Assembly (NCBI GenBank): GCA_028534125.1
Contig: CM052816.1
Span: 71,984,001 to 72,048,000 of the forward strand
Length of the DNA stretch: 64,000 nt
Reading direction: 5' to 3'
Origin: Lama glama
Taxonomy: Eukaryota
The notes below the pieces were generated by a model, which searched no databases, had not been told where the DNA came from, and saw only the letters and a list, made by a program, of their open reading frames with translations. The position numbers and the translations under genes were made by a program. Position 1 is the stretch's first letter. Every line of letters begins with the position of its first letter. This document shows positions 14,191 to 28,300 of this stretch, piece by piece.

Positions 14191-14445
14191 CCTCTGCTGT
14201 GTAACAAATTATCATGAACCTAGAGGTTTAAAACAACACAAACTTATTATCTCATGGTTCCCATGGGTCAGGAATCTTAGCTTAGGTTAGCTGAATCCTT
14301 TGCATAGGGTTTCTCCAGACTAAAATCAAGGTGTTGATATGTACAGATGCAAGATCCTATTCCAAGACTGTGTGTGTTACTGGCAGAATTAAAATTAATT
14401 TCCTTGTCGTTGTGAGGCTGAGCTGTGCTTTTTCTTGCTGACTAT
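14190..14445 (-). mobile_element. MLT1 (F/G-like) LTR fragment
   Basis: 'ctgctgtgtaacaaattatcatgaacctagaggtttaaaacaacacaaacttattatctcatggttcc'. Confidence 0.7.
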
Positions 14446-14822
14446 CATCAATAAGTGAATGGATGAGCACATCATGGTCTGTCTATACAGTTGAATGCAA
14501 TTTAGCAATAAAAGCAGTGAACTATCAGTACACACAATAGTATGAGCGAAACTCAAACTAACCATTCTCAGAGGAAAAGAGCCAGACAAATAAAGAATAC
14601 ATGCAACATAATTTTATTTATATAGACATCTAGAAAACGTAGTTTATCATGGCAGAAAGCAGATTCATGGCTTGGGGATGGAGTGGGTAGAAATGGGAAG
14701 GAGAGTTACAGATGAACAAGAGGAAACGTTCGTAGTATTGATGGGTTCTTGATGAAACTATAAGCTTTAAATATGTGCAGTTTATTATGTGTCAGTGATT
14801 CCTCAATAAAGCTATAAAAAAG
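14445..14822 (+). mobile_element. L1ME/MC-like 3' end
   Basis: 'catcaataagtgaatggatgagc...aaagagccagacaaataaagaatacatgc...tttaaatatgtgcagtttattatgtgtcagtgattcctcaataaagct'. Confidence 0.75.
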
Positions 14823-17157
14823 AACCATCATCATCACCACCATCTGCAGATGTCTTTTATGCCTTAAATCACTTTTTGCTTTTTCTCACTTGATCTTGGT
14901 CAGGAAGCTAAGTCTTCTCAAATGTCTTTTGAGACATGGTCTTGGGGGTACTCAAGGTTACCAGATGAACAACCTTCATATGAAATCCCAATCAGAGCAC
15001 TAGCAAGTATGAACCTGAGGACAATGGGGAGAATGGATGAACATGTTTGAAACACGTCTGATAAATTTTCATCCTTAACAAAGAGATCTTTTCATATAGA
15101 GCTATCAATCAAATGACACTGTGAACCAAAAACAGTACGCTACAAAGCCTTGCTGAATGTAGCAATGAAATCAATTTCCAAAATTTATTTATTGACCAAT
15201 AAATCAGTTCACACTAAGCTCAGAGCTTTCCAAGTATATACTCAAGAAATGAATTTTAATTGAAATCAAAGTTATTATGTTTTCTGAAACCACTGAGAAG
15301 AGCAGAACTAGAAATGTTAAAATGTTACCACAATACTGAACTTGAACTTGAGATTATTTGGCTCAAGTGGTTCAACTTCCTGTCCCTAACCTTGCTCCCC
15401 TTGTCACGGGTGAAACAATGCCCGTGGTTTGTGGGCATCTCAGTGGAGTTCCCATTGGGTGATATCTAGGTAGAGAAAAATGAATATAATTCCCCAATGT
15501 GCACGAAATAATTCCCTAATAGCTACAACTGATTAAATCTGAGTTAAAGCCATACTGGGTTTCCAATAACCACAATTAGTAGAGTGTAGTTTCACCTCCC
15601 AAATCTGAAGAAAAATACCTGTGTTGAAAAAACTCTAGTTACTGTCAACCACGTAAATGAAAGTACTTGAATACCACAGCATGTACACAATTAGCTAATA
15701 AACTTCAACTTAATAATTATCTGAAATTAGGAGGGCATAGAAGAAAGGAACGTGCTACATACCAACCTCACGTTTTCCCCTGAGAGCATTGCTCTCCAGT
15801 GGTGACAGTCACAACATGTTGGGAAAATGTTATTGGACCTTGTAGAGTTAACAACGTAGTATAGCTTTCAGCCGAGAGGTGAGCTTTAAAGCAGAGCCAT
15901 AAGAATATTGTGGTAATTGTGCTCAACACCAGGGAAAAGAAGTAAAACAGCGAGATGTTGAAAATAATATGTTTTAATGGAAAGAAACATAAAACAAACT
16001 TCACAATGGTGCCCTTTTAATGTGTTCACAATAGCTGTTAATGTTGAAAAGGTAAGTGGACTGTTTATAGCATATTCAGAGTTGAAGGTAAATGTTAAGA
16101 AGGGCTGTTTGGGGCTAATAGAAAGTATGGTACTAAATCTAAAGCAGAGGCTGCTTAAAATCTTGCCATTTTCCAAATTTAGTCTATGACCTAGAAAACT
16201 TTAACAGCTCGAAGCCTGTGAGCAGCCTTAACCAGATCAAGGAATCAGCCACACATTTGGACTTTACAATCAGGATAATGCATTTTGCACAAGTTAAAGA
16301 TATCAAAAGTTGGAAACAAAGAATTATTAAAACATAGAATGAACTGAATCATAAAAATCATAGAAGTTTAAAGCTGGGAAGACCTTTACAGGTAATATAA
16401 TACAACTCTCTTTTCATACAAATACAGGCAACCAGGCTCAGGGGATTACACACCATGCTCAAAAGCACGCAGCAGAAAACCTTTACAATCGTGACTTTCT
16501 ACAAATGATTTAAATGCCTGGAACACAGGAGACCATAAATAAATATTTGCTGAATGAATATATAAATAAGGGCTTTAGCCTTTTATGAAACATTTAATTA
16601 TGCATAGCCATATAGCTGACAAGTAATGTCAGTCGGCATATTTTTTGAATGCATAATACCACTTAATTATTAATTTCATAGCACAGTGTTTGTAACCATT
16701 ATGACCAAGATTAGGGTCTCTGAGTCTGAGAGCAGCCACCTATGACCTGTAAGATCACCAAGGGAAATATGCCCTGAGGATAAGGGGTTCTTTGGATCCC
16801 AGCTCCGTGGTAGTCTCCCTGTGCAGCCTGCTGGACCATGCCCGAGTCTCGAGCATCTTTCTGTCCTTAGTGGCCTGTCGTACGCCCTCTATTCTGGGTC
16901 TTCATCTTGCTTCCCACCAGGGAAATGAGAGAAACCAGAGCAGGATTCACAAAGCAGGGGCTACGACAAGAGCATGTCAGACAGGCAATGAAAATACAAG
17001 GAGAAAAATGTGGAAACGTTCCAGAGCGCATAGGACTGATAACTATTTGTGAGTAAATTGGTAAGTCTGGTTTTTCTAAAAAGTGGTAAGTCAGAACAAC
17101 ACTGATATGATACTTTAAAGTTCTGAACACACTGTTGACGTGGCCTAGAAAACATGA

Positions 17158-17538
17158 TGTGTTAGTTTGCTAGGGTTACTGCCGATGGGTGACTTAGCAG
17201 AAATTTATTGTCTCACAGCTCTGGAGGCTGGAAGTCGGAACTCAAGGTGTCGGTTTTTTCTGAGGTTTGTGTTTCAGGCCTCTCTCCAGCCTTAGATGAC
17301 CATCTTCTCCTTTTGTCTCTTTATATCGTCTTCTCTCTGTGTCTATCCCTGTGACCAAATTTCCCCATTTTATTTAAGGGCATCGGTCATTTGCATTAAG
17401 GGCCCGTACGAAAAGGCCCACACATTTTAATTTGATTACATCTACAATGACCCTGTCTCAAAATGAGGTCATATTTGTGGTCCTAGGGGTTTAGACTCCA
17501 ACATATCATTTTTCAGGGACATGATTCAACCCATAACA
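17158..17538 (-). mobile_element. MLT1 (A/B-like) solo LTR
   Basis: Runs TGTGTTAGTTTGCTAGGG...GATTCAACCCATAACA. The 5-bp TSD is catga/catgg. Confidence 0.85.
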
Positions 17539-18029
17539 CATGGATTACACAAAAAGTAAGAGTTAGTTTCTCACTTTGTTCATTTGAAAGGTATAAATGA
17601 AATTTTTAAGTAGTCGTAACACCTTTATTTTTGGAACTAGATATTACATTGAGTTACTGGTTTGAGTAGGAAGGTTGTGCCTCCTGAAAACTTGCTCATC
17701 TCTAACTTGCCATTGACTTTGTGTCTGTACTCAGGACAGTGGCTTTATCTGGTCCATGAAAAATCAGTCTTCAGATAGACAATGGCAAGAAAGTCTTGTG
17801 TTAATTTTCTGCTTCACAAGACCATGGATTTACATAATGGCTAAGAAGCATCTTCTATTGTTAACATTTTCATTAAAGAGTAAATAACACAATTTTTTTT
17901 TGAAATGGTGAGAATCTTGCTCAGCAAAAAAAAAAAAAAAAAAGATTTCCAACATTTTAAAGAGTGACCAGAAATTGGAGAAAGTTGTAGCACATTTATT
18001 TGCTAAAATATTTGTGAAGAATTATAAAC

Positions 18030-18300
18030 AGGATAGCACAGTGGCTAAGAGATGGCTTTGGAATCTGATGTATCCAGGTTAAAAAAATCTGTCATTTGCT
18101 AATTATCAGACCTTGAACAATTATCCAGCCTCGCTATTCCTGGTTTTACCAGTCATTATATTTATATTATTATGTATTTTTATTGATAATATTAACATCA
18201 TATGTATACTGTGAGAATTAAACTAGAAAATGTACATAAAATGCTTGTAATAAACAACAACAAACTCAGATTAAGCCCTTGATATATGATAGCTCTTATT
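18030..18300 (+). mobile_element. MIR SINE
   Basis: 'tagcacagtggctaagagatggctttggaatctga...gtgagaattaaactagaaaatgtacataaaatgctt'. Confidence 0.65.
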
Positions 18301-18395
18301 ATTAAATAAAGGATGAGAGCTGGAAAACTAAATTACTATATAAATATAAGCCCAACATTATATTATTAATAAAGAACTATAATATAAAACTTTAA

Positions 18396-18570
18396 AATTT
18401 TTTTATATTTTATTGAAGTATAGTTAGTTTATAATGTGTCAGTTTCTGGTGCACAGCATGTTTCAGTCACACATGTACATACATATATTCGTTTTCATAT
18501 TCTTTTTCATTATAGGTTACTACAAGATATTGACTATAGCTCCCTGTGCTATGCAGTAGAAACTTGTTTA
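18396..18570 (-). mobile_element. Very short L1 3'UTR insertion, same family as 828-1596
   Basis: Closely similar to 845-1010 ('ttgaagtatagt...catacatatattcgttttcatatt...tataggttac...tccctgtgc'). Confidence 0.85.
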
Positions 18571-20199
18571 TAGATTCAAAACTTATGGTGTTACTCAAAA
18601 GGAAAACAGTTTGGAACTTTCATTTAGCATTTCCTTCTGAATTACAGTAACTTTTTCAAGCAACACATGCATCCTTTTTACTTGGATTATCAATTTGAAG
18701 CCAGTCACTGTATGAACTTTTAAAGCAAAACTTCTTTGTATTCTTTGTTTTTATTGGTCATTTTCTGTCATAAGCATAGTAATTATAAAATCATATATTG
18801 CTGGGAATTTATCTTAAAGATAATTTTGTCCAACCCTTTCAATTTACTGATGAGAAAACTGATTTGCAGAGAAGTTAAGTGGTTTTCTTAACATTACATA
18901 TTAAGTTCATAACCAGCCCAGGCTTTTTGATTCCCAGTCCAAGAGCCATTGAAGGGCAGTAACTCTTCAAAATAATACCAACATGTATTATACGGAGCCA
19001 CATAGTATATAGTGTTGAACTCCAATTTTATTATTGTTTACTTAATTCTACCAAAGAAGAGGATTTCATTGCATTTACCTATTGAAAATTAAGTACAACA
19101 CTATCACCTGGTATCATTTAATGTGTTCCCATATAGCAAGAGCTTATAGATCCCTACCTTTTTGGTACATAAACAAATATAAATAATCCTATCCAGTTAA
19201 AATTTAAAATTAAACCATCTTTTATTAATCTACCCTTGATTTATTAAACTCTCCTTTATTTGTTTAAAAAGTAAAGATATTTCTAAACTGACAGTATAAC
19301 ATAATGAAATTAAATTGACGGTACAGCCCTAGGCTGAATTTACAGGATTGATCAACATGACAAGCTCACTAAAAGGTAAGAGACAAGACAAGGCTGGTTT
19401 TTAAGATAATCGGATCTGTCCACATCAACTCCTCTTGGAGATAGCAAACCCACAATGCTTTGCATTATTTGTTTGTTTTTTCACTGATAAAGAGATTAAA
19501 AAGAAACTGATGTAATTTCTATCGACAAGATTTCTAATAACTATCACATCTCTGCTTTCCCAAGGGTTTAAGAATAACAGAAGAACTAAATGAAAATTTA
19601 AGTAGCGGTGCCAGTTTTGAGAAGAACTTGTCTGTCTTTTTTGCAGAGAAGGGCGTAGGTGAGAACAGTCTGGTTCTTGTCAAAGACATGCTCCTGAGGA
19701 TAGGTGAAGTGTGAGCACTCCAGATACTCTTCCCAGAGCTGGAGGAATTGCAGAGAGCAGATTTTAACAACGGGAGAAGTCAGCGGACACTAATATTAGG
19801 AACAGGAGAGAGTCTGAGAAAGGACTTTAATGGAGAGACAGTGTAAGTTTATGCCAAAGGCGCCCTGGGGTCATGTCACAGCATTAACTATGGGCTTACC
19901 ATTGTGGAATGGGTATGTAGGCAACTGTGGTAGGGGAAGCAAACAAACAAACAGAATCTCTAAGTCTAACTGAGGAAAACATCTTGTATTTGTAAAACAA
20001 GGGCTTGAATTGGATCATAGCATCACTAACCTATTTTGTCTGTTTGTTTCCTTATGTTTAGAGTTTGCCATTTGTCATATTTTATCTGTAGATGTGTCCA
20101 CAGTGAGTGGGAAGCCTCAGCCTAGTTTACAAAACAATAGAAATGGAAGTTGGTTCTAGTTGTATGCATTTTACCTTTAAAGAAAATATAGCCAAATGC

Positions 20200-21228
20200 A
20201 TATTGGTCTTTAAATTTAAGACCTTCCTAGGTAACTTTCTCATACTTTGGTCTGGTTGCCCAGAAGGCCTGCTGGAGCTGTCCTTCTGAGACACTATTCC
20301 ATGTTTCTTGGGCATGCTTTTCTCTCATTATGGTTTATTTTCTTATTTTATTGGAGAAAATCTTCTAATATCTACCCATGAGAAAGGGTCTTAAAATTTA
20401 TTTCTTTAATTTTATACCTGACTGATAATTTAGCTGAGTTTAGAATCTTAGTTTGGAATTCATTGCATTGTCTTGCAAAATTCTAATTTTTTTTTTTTGC
20501 CCCATTATATTCTAGCTTCTAGAGTTGCTGCTGCAAAGTCAGTTACCATTTTGATTCTTTATCCTTTCTAAGGGGCATTTTTTTTTTAAGATTTTAACAT
20601 TTTGTTAAAACTCCCAAATGTCATCATACCATGAGTTGGTGTGGATCTGTTCGCACTTATGATCCCGGGCTCATTCAAACTGAAGCTTCATGCCTTTCAA
20701 ATAAGAAGTATTTATCATCATCATTAGCATCACTATTAAATTTTCCTTATTCTTTTCTATTTTGGAACTCCTATTATTTGGGTGTTGAGTATCTCATAGT
20801 GATTTATCTTGTATTGATCAAATTTTATTTTCAATCTCTGTTTTTGGTTTTACTTTTTGAAATTTACCTTCAACGTTATATTCATTTTGTTTATAACAGG
20901 TATCATAATTTTATTTTTCAAAAGTTCTTTTTTACTGTTAGTTGCTTATTTTTCATAGTCCTCTATTATTCAGTAGATAAAATACTTTCTCTTGTCTCCA
21001 AGGAAACTGGTCAGAGTTCTGATGTTTCCTTATATTCCCATCATTACTTCTGTTTCCTTCAAATTCTTCTTCCTCGCTGTGGTTGTTTCATCTCTGTCTT
21101 TCAAGGAGGGGCTTTCCTAAAATTAATGAAACGCTAATTTGCAATCTTTTGTGCTTCGGAAAACTTTACAACTGGTAGACTTCGCCATACAGGGATTGGG
21201 TAGGATTCTTCCAAATAATCAGTAGCAT

Positions 21229-21269
<41 letters not shown>

Positions 21270-21500
21270 TTCCCCCTCTTTTATATTATTTGTTTTCTGC
21301 CAACAAGAATCTCCAGTCCTCTGACTGGAATGTGCCTAGTGCACAGTATTCTTGAGACTGAATGGTACAAAGCTACTGAAGTTTTATTTCAGTTCACAGA
21401 ATTTCAGTTAATTCTCCTCTTTTCAGGATGGTGCCTCTTCCTTTCAATGTCTCAGGTTCCCCTGGTCCTGAGCATCCCTAGTTCCATTCTTCTGCAGAAT
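20200..21500 (-). mobile_element. Ancient, highly diverged L1M fragment
   Basis: T-rich antisense-L1 texture, e.g. 'tgataatttagctgagtttagaatcttagtttgga' and 'ttctagcttctagagttgctgctgcaaagtc'. Confidence 0.55.
21233..21266. repeat. (TG)17 microsatellite
   Basis: Direct inspection. Confidence 0.95.
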
Positions 21501-24500
21501 CCCAAGAATCCTGCTAAAGGATGTTGTTTTGTTTTGTTTTGTTTTTCCTTTTGTAGCAAACGGACCTGCAGAGATTTAACTGACATAAAAAACACAGGAT
21601 TGTCACTAGAGTAGTTGGTTGTAACACGTGACAAAACTGACATTCTGTGTGGTTGGACCGATGCCTGGCTAGGTGGCAGGCGTGGGAGCCTCACTGAGCT
21701 CAAAGCAAACTGCGCAGCGATGCCTCCGCGTGCCGCTGCGCACCTCCCTCTGCCTTCAGCCGCACGTGCAGCAACACGTTGCTCAGCTTTTTCCTGAGTC
21801 TGTGATGGGGGCAGGCTGGCTTCTCTTTGTCATCTCCTTGCACCGTATGTTTTCCTTCACTACCTGCGTGGGTTTAATACAACTGATACGGCTTAATATA
21901 GAATGTGGGTCTTTAGCAAGACAGGAGCCTAAGATCAAGATTTGAAATGATGGAATGAGGAGAGAGAGAGCATTACATGGAGAGAAATAGCACGACTAGA
22001 GTCGAGCAGCCAACAAGAATAGGGGTTCTATGTACGTGCGGAATGTAGGAGGCAGATTCCACAGGACAACCAAAATGATGAAAAAGAGGAGTTCCTTTGA
22101 GGGACAGTGGTTCAGTGGGAGCCAGTTAATGGGGGCCTTGAAAGCTGAGCTGCAGAATTTAAAATAGGTTCAAAGGGCAGGAGGGAGCCATTAATGTCTC
22201 TGATTTGGGGTGAACGTTTCATGTGACTGGATAAAGAGACAGGAAGGAAGGTGTCTTTTCCATAAACCAGTGGAGGAGTGGGGAGGGCTACAGTGGAACT
22301 GGGAAATCCCAAATGAACTGGATAAGAAAGGTGAGACGATGATACTAGGAGACGTTCTTAGGAACTCCAGATCCCAGTTGTGACAGGCCAGCTATCACCC
22401 TGTTCTTGTAATGTCCCTTAAAAATGAAGAGTAATATTGATGGATTCAAGGTTTGCCTTTATGATTCTGGAATATATGCATGAAAAGTAAAGTGTTATTT
22501 AATTTTTCAGATATAACTCTTAACAAGCATCTAGGGACAATCTAAAAGATGGACAGAAAATTACACACTTATAATAGATTTATAAACACTCATGCCATAG
22601 GCCACCAGAAGAGAGACTGCCTCATGGATTCAGAGGAGAAACTTTTATAACTTAGGGTCATCTTTCCATATGCAAAAGGAGTTCCCAAATGCATCCTATG
22701 TGCCTGACATAGAAGTGATACTGAAATAATTCATTAAAGAAGTTAAGTCTGGGATGGCCAAGTTCATTTTTAAAATGCTATCGGATGTAAGAGATTGATT
22801 ACTAGGATAGTTTGAGACATATAGCTTGACGTAGTTTCAGTTATTTTTCAGTAATGTTTATTTGATTATGAATAAAATTAAATTGATAATACTTACAGAC
22901 TTATACCAGTTTTACAACAACGAAACAGATTTGAGGTTAGGCGTATTCAACTACAAAACAAACTGAACAATTATAGAGAAGAATTTTTCTTGTGTTTTGT
23001 GCATTTGGAGAAGTTCAGCCAAAAGTTCAGGGATAAAGACGTGTGCTTCTTAAATACATTTTTGCTCTGGTCAAACAAATGCTTTTCTCCTGAAATTAGA
23101 TGGCCGTTGAGACAGACACGGTGTAACCACCAAGTTATCATTTGGTGGGAACGTTCAGATCAACAACTCCATCCCCAGGGCCCATAACCGTCAGTTATTT
23201 ATGGACCTGAGTGCAGGTGCTCAGTATTTTCTCATCTGAAGGCAGCTACCTCAGCAATTTAGTGTCTCTGGCCCCCACAGCAGGACATTGATTAGTCTGA
23301 GCCTGAAAAATAAAATGCTGCCTACGGAATAATCAGTTCTGTTTTTTATTGGTAGCTGCTGCTCTCCTGGCTTCGTGTGGAGAAGAAAGTCATCTCACAG
23401 GCTGTACTTCCTGCTTGAGCCAGGTCATGCTCTCTTCCCTGCCCCCAGAAAGAACTAGAAAGAGTCCAGGGTAGACCCTGCGGCCTCCAGGGCAGTCTTT
23501 ACTGACCTCAGCTGCAGTGTCACCAGGAGTTTCATAGACGGGAGGACGCTGGGGGTAAGCCACGATGCCAGCCAGTTCTGAGAGGACGCGTTGGGTAGAG
23601 AAGTCAGGTATCAATATGGCCCCAACTTCCTCTCCAGCCAAACTCTCCTTTGTTACATTAAAATGCTTCCAGTTCACTTTTTTGCATCACCCTCAAAACT
23701 TTTCTACCTGGGACTTACAAAAAAAAAGATCAATATAATCATTATATTTTTTAAAGTTTATCATGGGTGTCACTTTTTAGATGAAAATTCAAAATTATTA
23801 TCAGGGGCTAAAAAGACCCACATGATTCAACTGCTGACCTCCCCCTGGGGCAACCTCACCCTCCATCACTCCCCAGGTTGGTCTGTCTGCTCTGGCCCGA
23901 CAACAGAGGCTGCTGCTCTCTCACTGTAAGATGCCCCCACCCCAGTTTCCACCTGGCTAATTCTGACTCATTTTCATATGTCAGTCCATGCCATTTCCCA
24001 GGAGGATGTTTTTACTGCCAAGATTCTGCTAATATATCCTCTGGTACACTCTGTATTTTTCTTCTGTGGCGTTTATCAAAATTGTTGTGATACAGTGATT
24101 TGGTATATATTTCTTTGTTTACTGTTTATCTCTCCTACCTGATGTAAGCCCCATAAAAGCAGGAACAATATCTGCTCTGTCACACTGTACCCCCAAAGCT
24201 CAGCACAGTGCTTCTTACATAATCAAAGCTCACAAAGTATTTGGTGAGGGTAGGGTGCCCCCAAATCCTTACATCAACTACCAGTTCCCCCCAGATAGCA
24301 ATGTTGTTAACATCCAAACATCTTCAGCCTAAGAACTAAGCTCCCTGGACCTTATTCCCAATGGCTATTACAAAAATAAGAAAATCTAGACTGGACACCA
24401 TTTATTGGCATTCTTCCAGCGTGCAGAATTTATATGAGAAATTAAAGCAGCATTATTTTGTAATCATTTCACTGGGAAGTTGAGCCGTTGCTTTTTGTAT

Positions 24501-24644
24501 TGTTTCATTTTTCTTTTGGCAAACACCCGGATGTGAGAACATCCCCATTTTTGGCAGATTTTTCTGTGCGATATATAATTATGAAGTTTGTCAGGTCAGC
24601 TCAGCAAACTCTGTGTTCAGCCAGAATGACAGGAACTGATTCTA

Positions 24645-25060
24645 ACTATATTCTGGTTGTTTATAACCACATAACAAACCACCCAAAACTTAGTGGCTTA
24701 AAGCAATGATCATTCATTTTGGTAAAAAAAATCTGCAATCTTGGAAGTGCTGTCTGTGGACCACTCACCTTTCATCCTCACAGCATGAGCTGGGGCGGCC
24801 TGACCAGCGTTGGCGGCTCCACCTCTGTGATGGCTCATTTGCATGGAGGCAGTTTCAGCTGGGAGCTGCGCTTTGGCTTTCGGCCAGGGGCCTGCAGTTC
24901 TCTCCTTGGGCCTCTCCGTGGGACTGCCTGGGCTTCTTCACATAAGGGGGCTCAACCTCAGGTGTGAATGCGGGAGACAGAAAGTGGAAGCTGTCGATCT
25001 CTTACAGCATCGGCCTGGGAAGTGGCACAGTGTTACTTCTGCTGTGTTCTGTTGTTCGGG
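24645..25060 (-). mobile_element. MLT1H/I-like LTR, interrupted by a younger MLT1
   Basis: 'cataacaaaccacccaaaacttagtggcttaaagcaatgatc...gaagtggcacagtgttacttctgctgtgttctgttg'. It continues after 25394. Confidence 0.7.
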
Positions 25061-25394
25061 TGCTGAAGGCTGAATGTCTGTGTCTCCCAACACTACATGT
25101 TGAAACTTGATCCCCAGTGTGATGGTATTTGGGCCTTTGGAGATGATTAGGTCATAAAGGCAGAGCCTTTACGAGTGAGATTAATGCCCTTCTAAAAGAG
25201 ACTCCGGAGAGCTCTCTTGCTCTTTCTGCCATGTGAGCACACAGCCAAAAGATGGCAGCCTGTGAACCAGAAGAGGCTTTTACCAGACTTGGTCTTGAAC
25301 TCTCCCGTATCCAAAACTGTGAGAAATAAAATTCTGTTGTTTAAGCCCCCAGCCTATAGCATTTTTGCTATAGCAGCCCAAGGAAACTAAGACA
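25061..25394 (+). mobile_element. MLT1A-like solo LTR nested in an older MLT1
   Basis: Runs TGCTGAAGGCTGAATGTCTGTGTCTCC...aaaactgtgagaaataaattctgttgtttaagcc...AACTAAGACA. Degenerate TSD tcggg/tcaag. Confidence 0.85.
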
Positions 25395-28300
25395 TCAAGG
25401 CAGCCGCAGCAGCCCCTGGATGCAGACAACCTGATGCAGCCCTGTCCTTGGCTCTGGAAGGAAGCCACTGAGTAATCCACACCTGTGTTGGTCTCTTAGG
25501 CATTTAAAGAAACAGCAGAAACACAACCATTACTTGCTGCTGGTATTGCTTTTACCTTATTTCCCACTTTCTTTACTTGTTTAGGGCTTTGAAAAGTCTT
25601 TTGAAGTAGCTGTGAAAAGAGTGTTGTCAACAATTTGGAAATAGTTCATGACTCTATTCAGTTCATCACTTCATCACCTCCAGGTCTCACTTTAAAAATT
25701 ATCAATTAAGACAAACTTATTCTATATTTTTACTCTACCCAAACTTTTGTCCCAAATAATATGTATTTCAGCTAGGCTTTAAGGAAAGGGGTCCAAAAAA
25801 CTTACTTAAATGTGAGGATTTACAAAGTTTGTAGCAGGACTAAAGTCCTGCCTTTGAAAGTCAGCTGTGACAGCATTTCAGTATCAGAAGCAGGACGCAA
25901 AGGACGAGTCATTTCTGTTGAGATAAAACAAGGCTACTGAGTCTCCATGAGGCTGTAGGGAGGCTTCTTAAATCATTGTAATAGCCTGAGATAGAGCAGT
26001 AGTGGTTACCCTTTCACCCTCATCACAAGATAGTGACCAGACATAAAATTCATCTCCAAGTCTGCTATGAGAGACAGCATTCACTCCCAGTTGAGTTTGA
26101 ATGGTGCTGGAAGAAGAGGAGTCACTCAAGGACCACCACCAAGGAAGCAGTCCTGATATCATACTTCTGGCCCCGTGAGGACAATCAGAGCTTGGAAGGG
26201 ATGGTGAAGAGAGGAGAGAGAAGTAGGGCAGTTGGCATGCCGTGTTCATTCTGCCTGCTTCTGCTCTGATTCTCTGGTCAAAGTTCCAGGTAAATCAAAG
26301 TGCTCTAGACTTGGAGTCATAAAACCTGGCTTTGCTGCCACTGGCCAGCTTCAACTTTTGGGAAAGAACTTAACCTTTCTGCCTATCAGGCGCTTCCTCG
26401 GTAAAATGGGCATAATATCTATCTCAGACGTTAGTTGTAAGGATTAAATGACCTAATGTGTAAAGAAGGCTTATTCAGGGAGCAGCAGCACAGGAAAACG
26501 TAAACCTTTTATCTCTAATCGTCACTGCAACCCTTTGAGGATGGGCTCACTTTGGAGATAAAGTAACTGATGCTTAGAACTAGCAAGTGCAGCATCTCAG
26601 ATTCAAACCCACATCTCCCGGACGCCTACATCCATGTCCTCAACCAATGTATAATATTGTCTCCTTGACATTTGATACATTGATTAGAAACCCTCATTCT
26701 TCTCCCAAAGGAAGAATATTTATTCCCCATGATTCTCAGCATTCAACATAATCTCCTTCATGGTAAAAATTAAATCACATTTATGAGTATCCCACCATAT
26801 ACATTTGCCTAATATGCTGTGACATTCTCAGTTTTCCTTTCTTCCCCTTCTCTTTTTTTCTCTGTCTACCTCTCTTTCCTCACCCACTACTTTTATGCAC
26901 TGAGCTCTTAAACTGTCATTGTATCTATGAATTTCTGCAGAATACAGGGACATTGTGGCTCCAGCAAAGAAAGTAATCCCAAAATATGGAAGAACTCTCA
27001 TCCTACAGTAGGGATGGCGATTTTACAGTTCGTTTTCAAGCCACATCCATACATCCAGGATGGTGCTTTAACTCACACAAAAAATTGTGTCTTGGAAAAG
27101 TCCTCTAGTTTTTAGAAGATGGAGATATTCCCCAATACTCTTTGTCTCCTTCGAAGTTCTCCTAAGGCTAGTCCCAAAGTATCCTTCAATTTAATGTAAG
27201 ATAACCTTTTATACTACTCCTGATTCACTTTGTTTCTCCAGTGGAAATCTTTTGTTCTGCATCCTTGGGTCTCCATTTTTTTTGACTCCCCTAACAAGCT
27301 AAGATTTATGATCGCATAACCTTGCATAGCCTATGGAAGATGGAGGTGCGTTTGTCATCCTCTCTCTCGGTGCTCCTACCCCCCTTTGGTTTCTCAGGCC
27401 TCCATGGGGGCACTTTCACCACTGGTAAGAACGTCAGGAAGGTCTCCATTCAAGGGGCTCCTGGAACACTTCAGCAAACACAAATCAGATTTTCAACAAC
27501 AGCTGAATTACGTCTTTCCAATGCTCAGTCACTGACATATACCAGACGCAAGTTTATAATAGCTTTTGAGTCCCATACCTCATAGAGGAAAGATTCATTT
27601 CAGCACACTATGTCTTTTTTGAAATCCGTGGTAAAAAACCTACTGTTTTGAAATCCTATCTTAAGAAAATTGCCCATTTGCACTTCAGCTTACAAGAAAG
27701 ATTGTTAACAAATGTTGATTTATAATAAAATACATACAGACAATAAATTTTAAGTATAATAAATGACTTAGCTACCAGAAAATATTTTTTGTGAACGCTT
27801 TTCAAGAGGGAAGAGAACAAATATAAGATATGTATAACTTCACAGAAATATAAGTTTCAGACGGGGAAACCCCACATCTTGTCCAGATGCCTCGCTTTAC
27901 AAATGAGCAAATGAGATCCTGAGAAGGTAACTGATGTGGCCAAAGCTACCTAGCCACTGAGTGACACTTCTTATCCAAGTGTGCAAGTCCGTCTGGGGTG
28001 AAAAACAACCACCATGCTTTACTCTTTGATTACGATTTGCAAAGTGATTACTCTGGAAACACAGCCCTTGCTCGTATGATTGCAAGTTTCCTTACACCTA
28101 ACCAATCCTGGGTACCAAAGGGGTCACTTCAATGCTGTTTATCCAAAGTTCAGTGGCTCACTACTCTCCTCAGATCATGCTTGCAAATCTTACACTGTTG
28201 GAGCTTGAGGTCTCCAGGTGTTATTCATAAGTTCATCCACCAGCACCATTTTCCTTTTGTCAACTGCTGGCTGACCCTCGGAGCCAATTCCAGGGGTCCT

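Noticed and set aside
19565..19714. Exon-like open stretch GLRITEELNENLSSGASFEKNLSVFFAEKG... after a pyrimidine tract plus AG, with a possible GTGAGA donor
   Set aside because: No recognisable protein and no partner exons. It is compatible with chance or a non-coding exon, which cannot be supported without RNA data.
20631..21137. 168-aa hydrophobic ORF, the longest in the window
   Set aside because: It lies in T-rich antisense L1 sequence, where F/L/I/Y richness is a compositional artefact.
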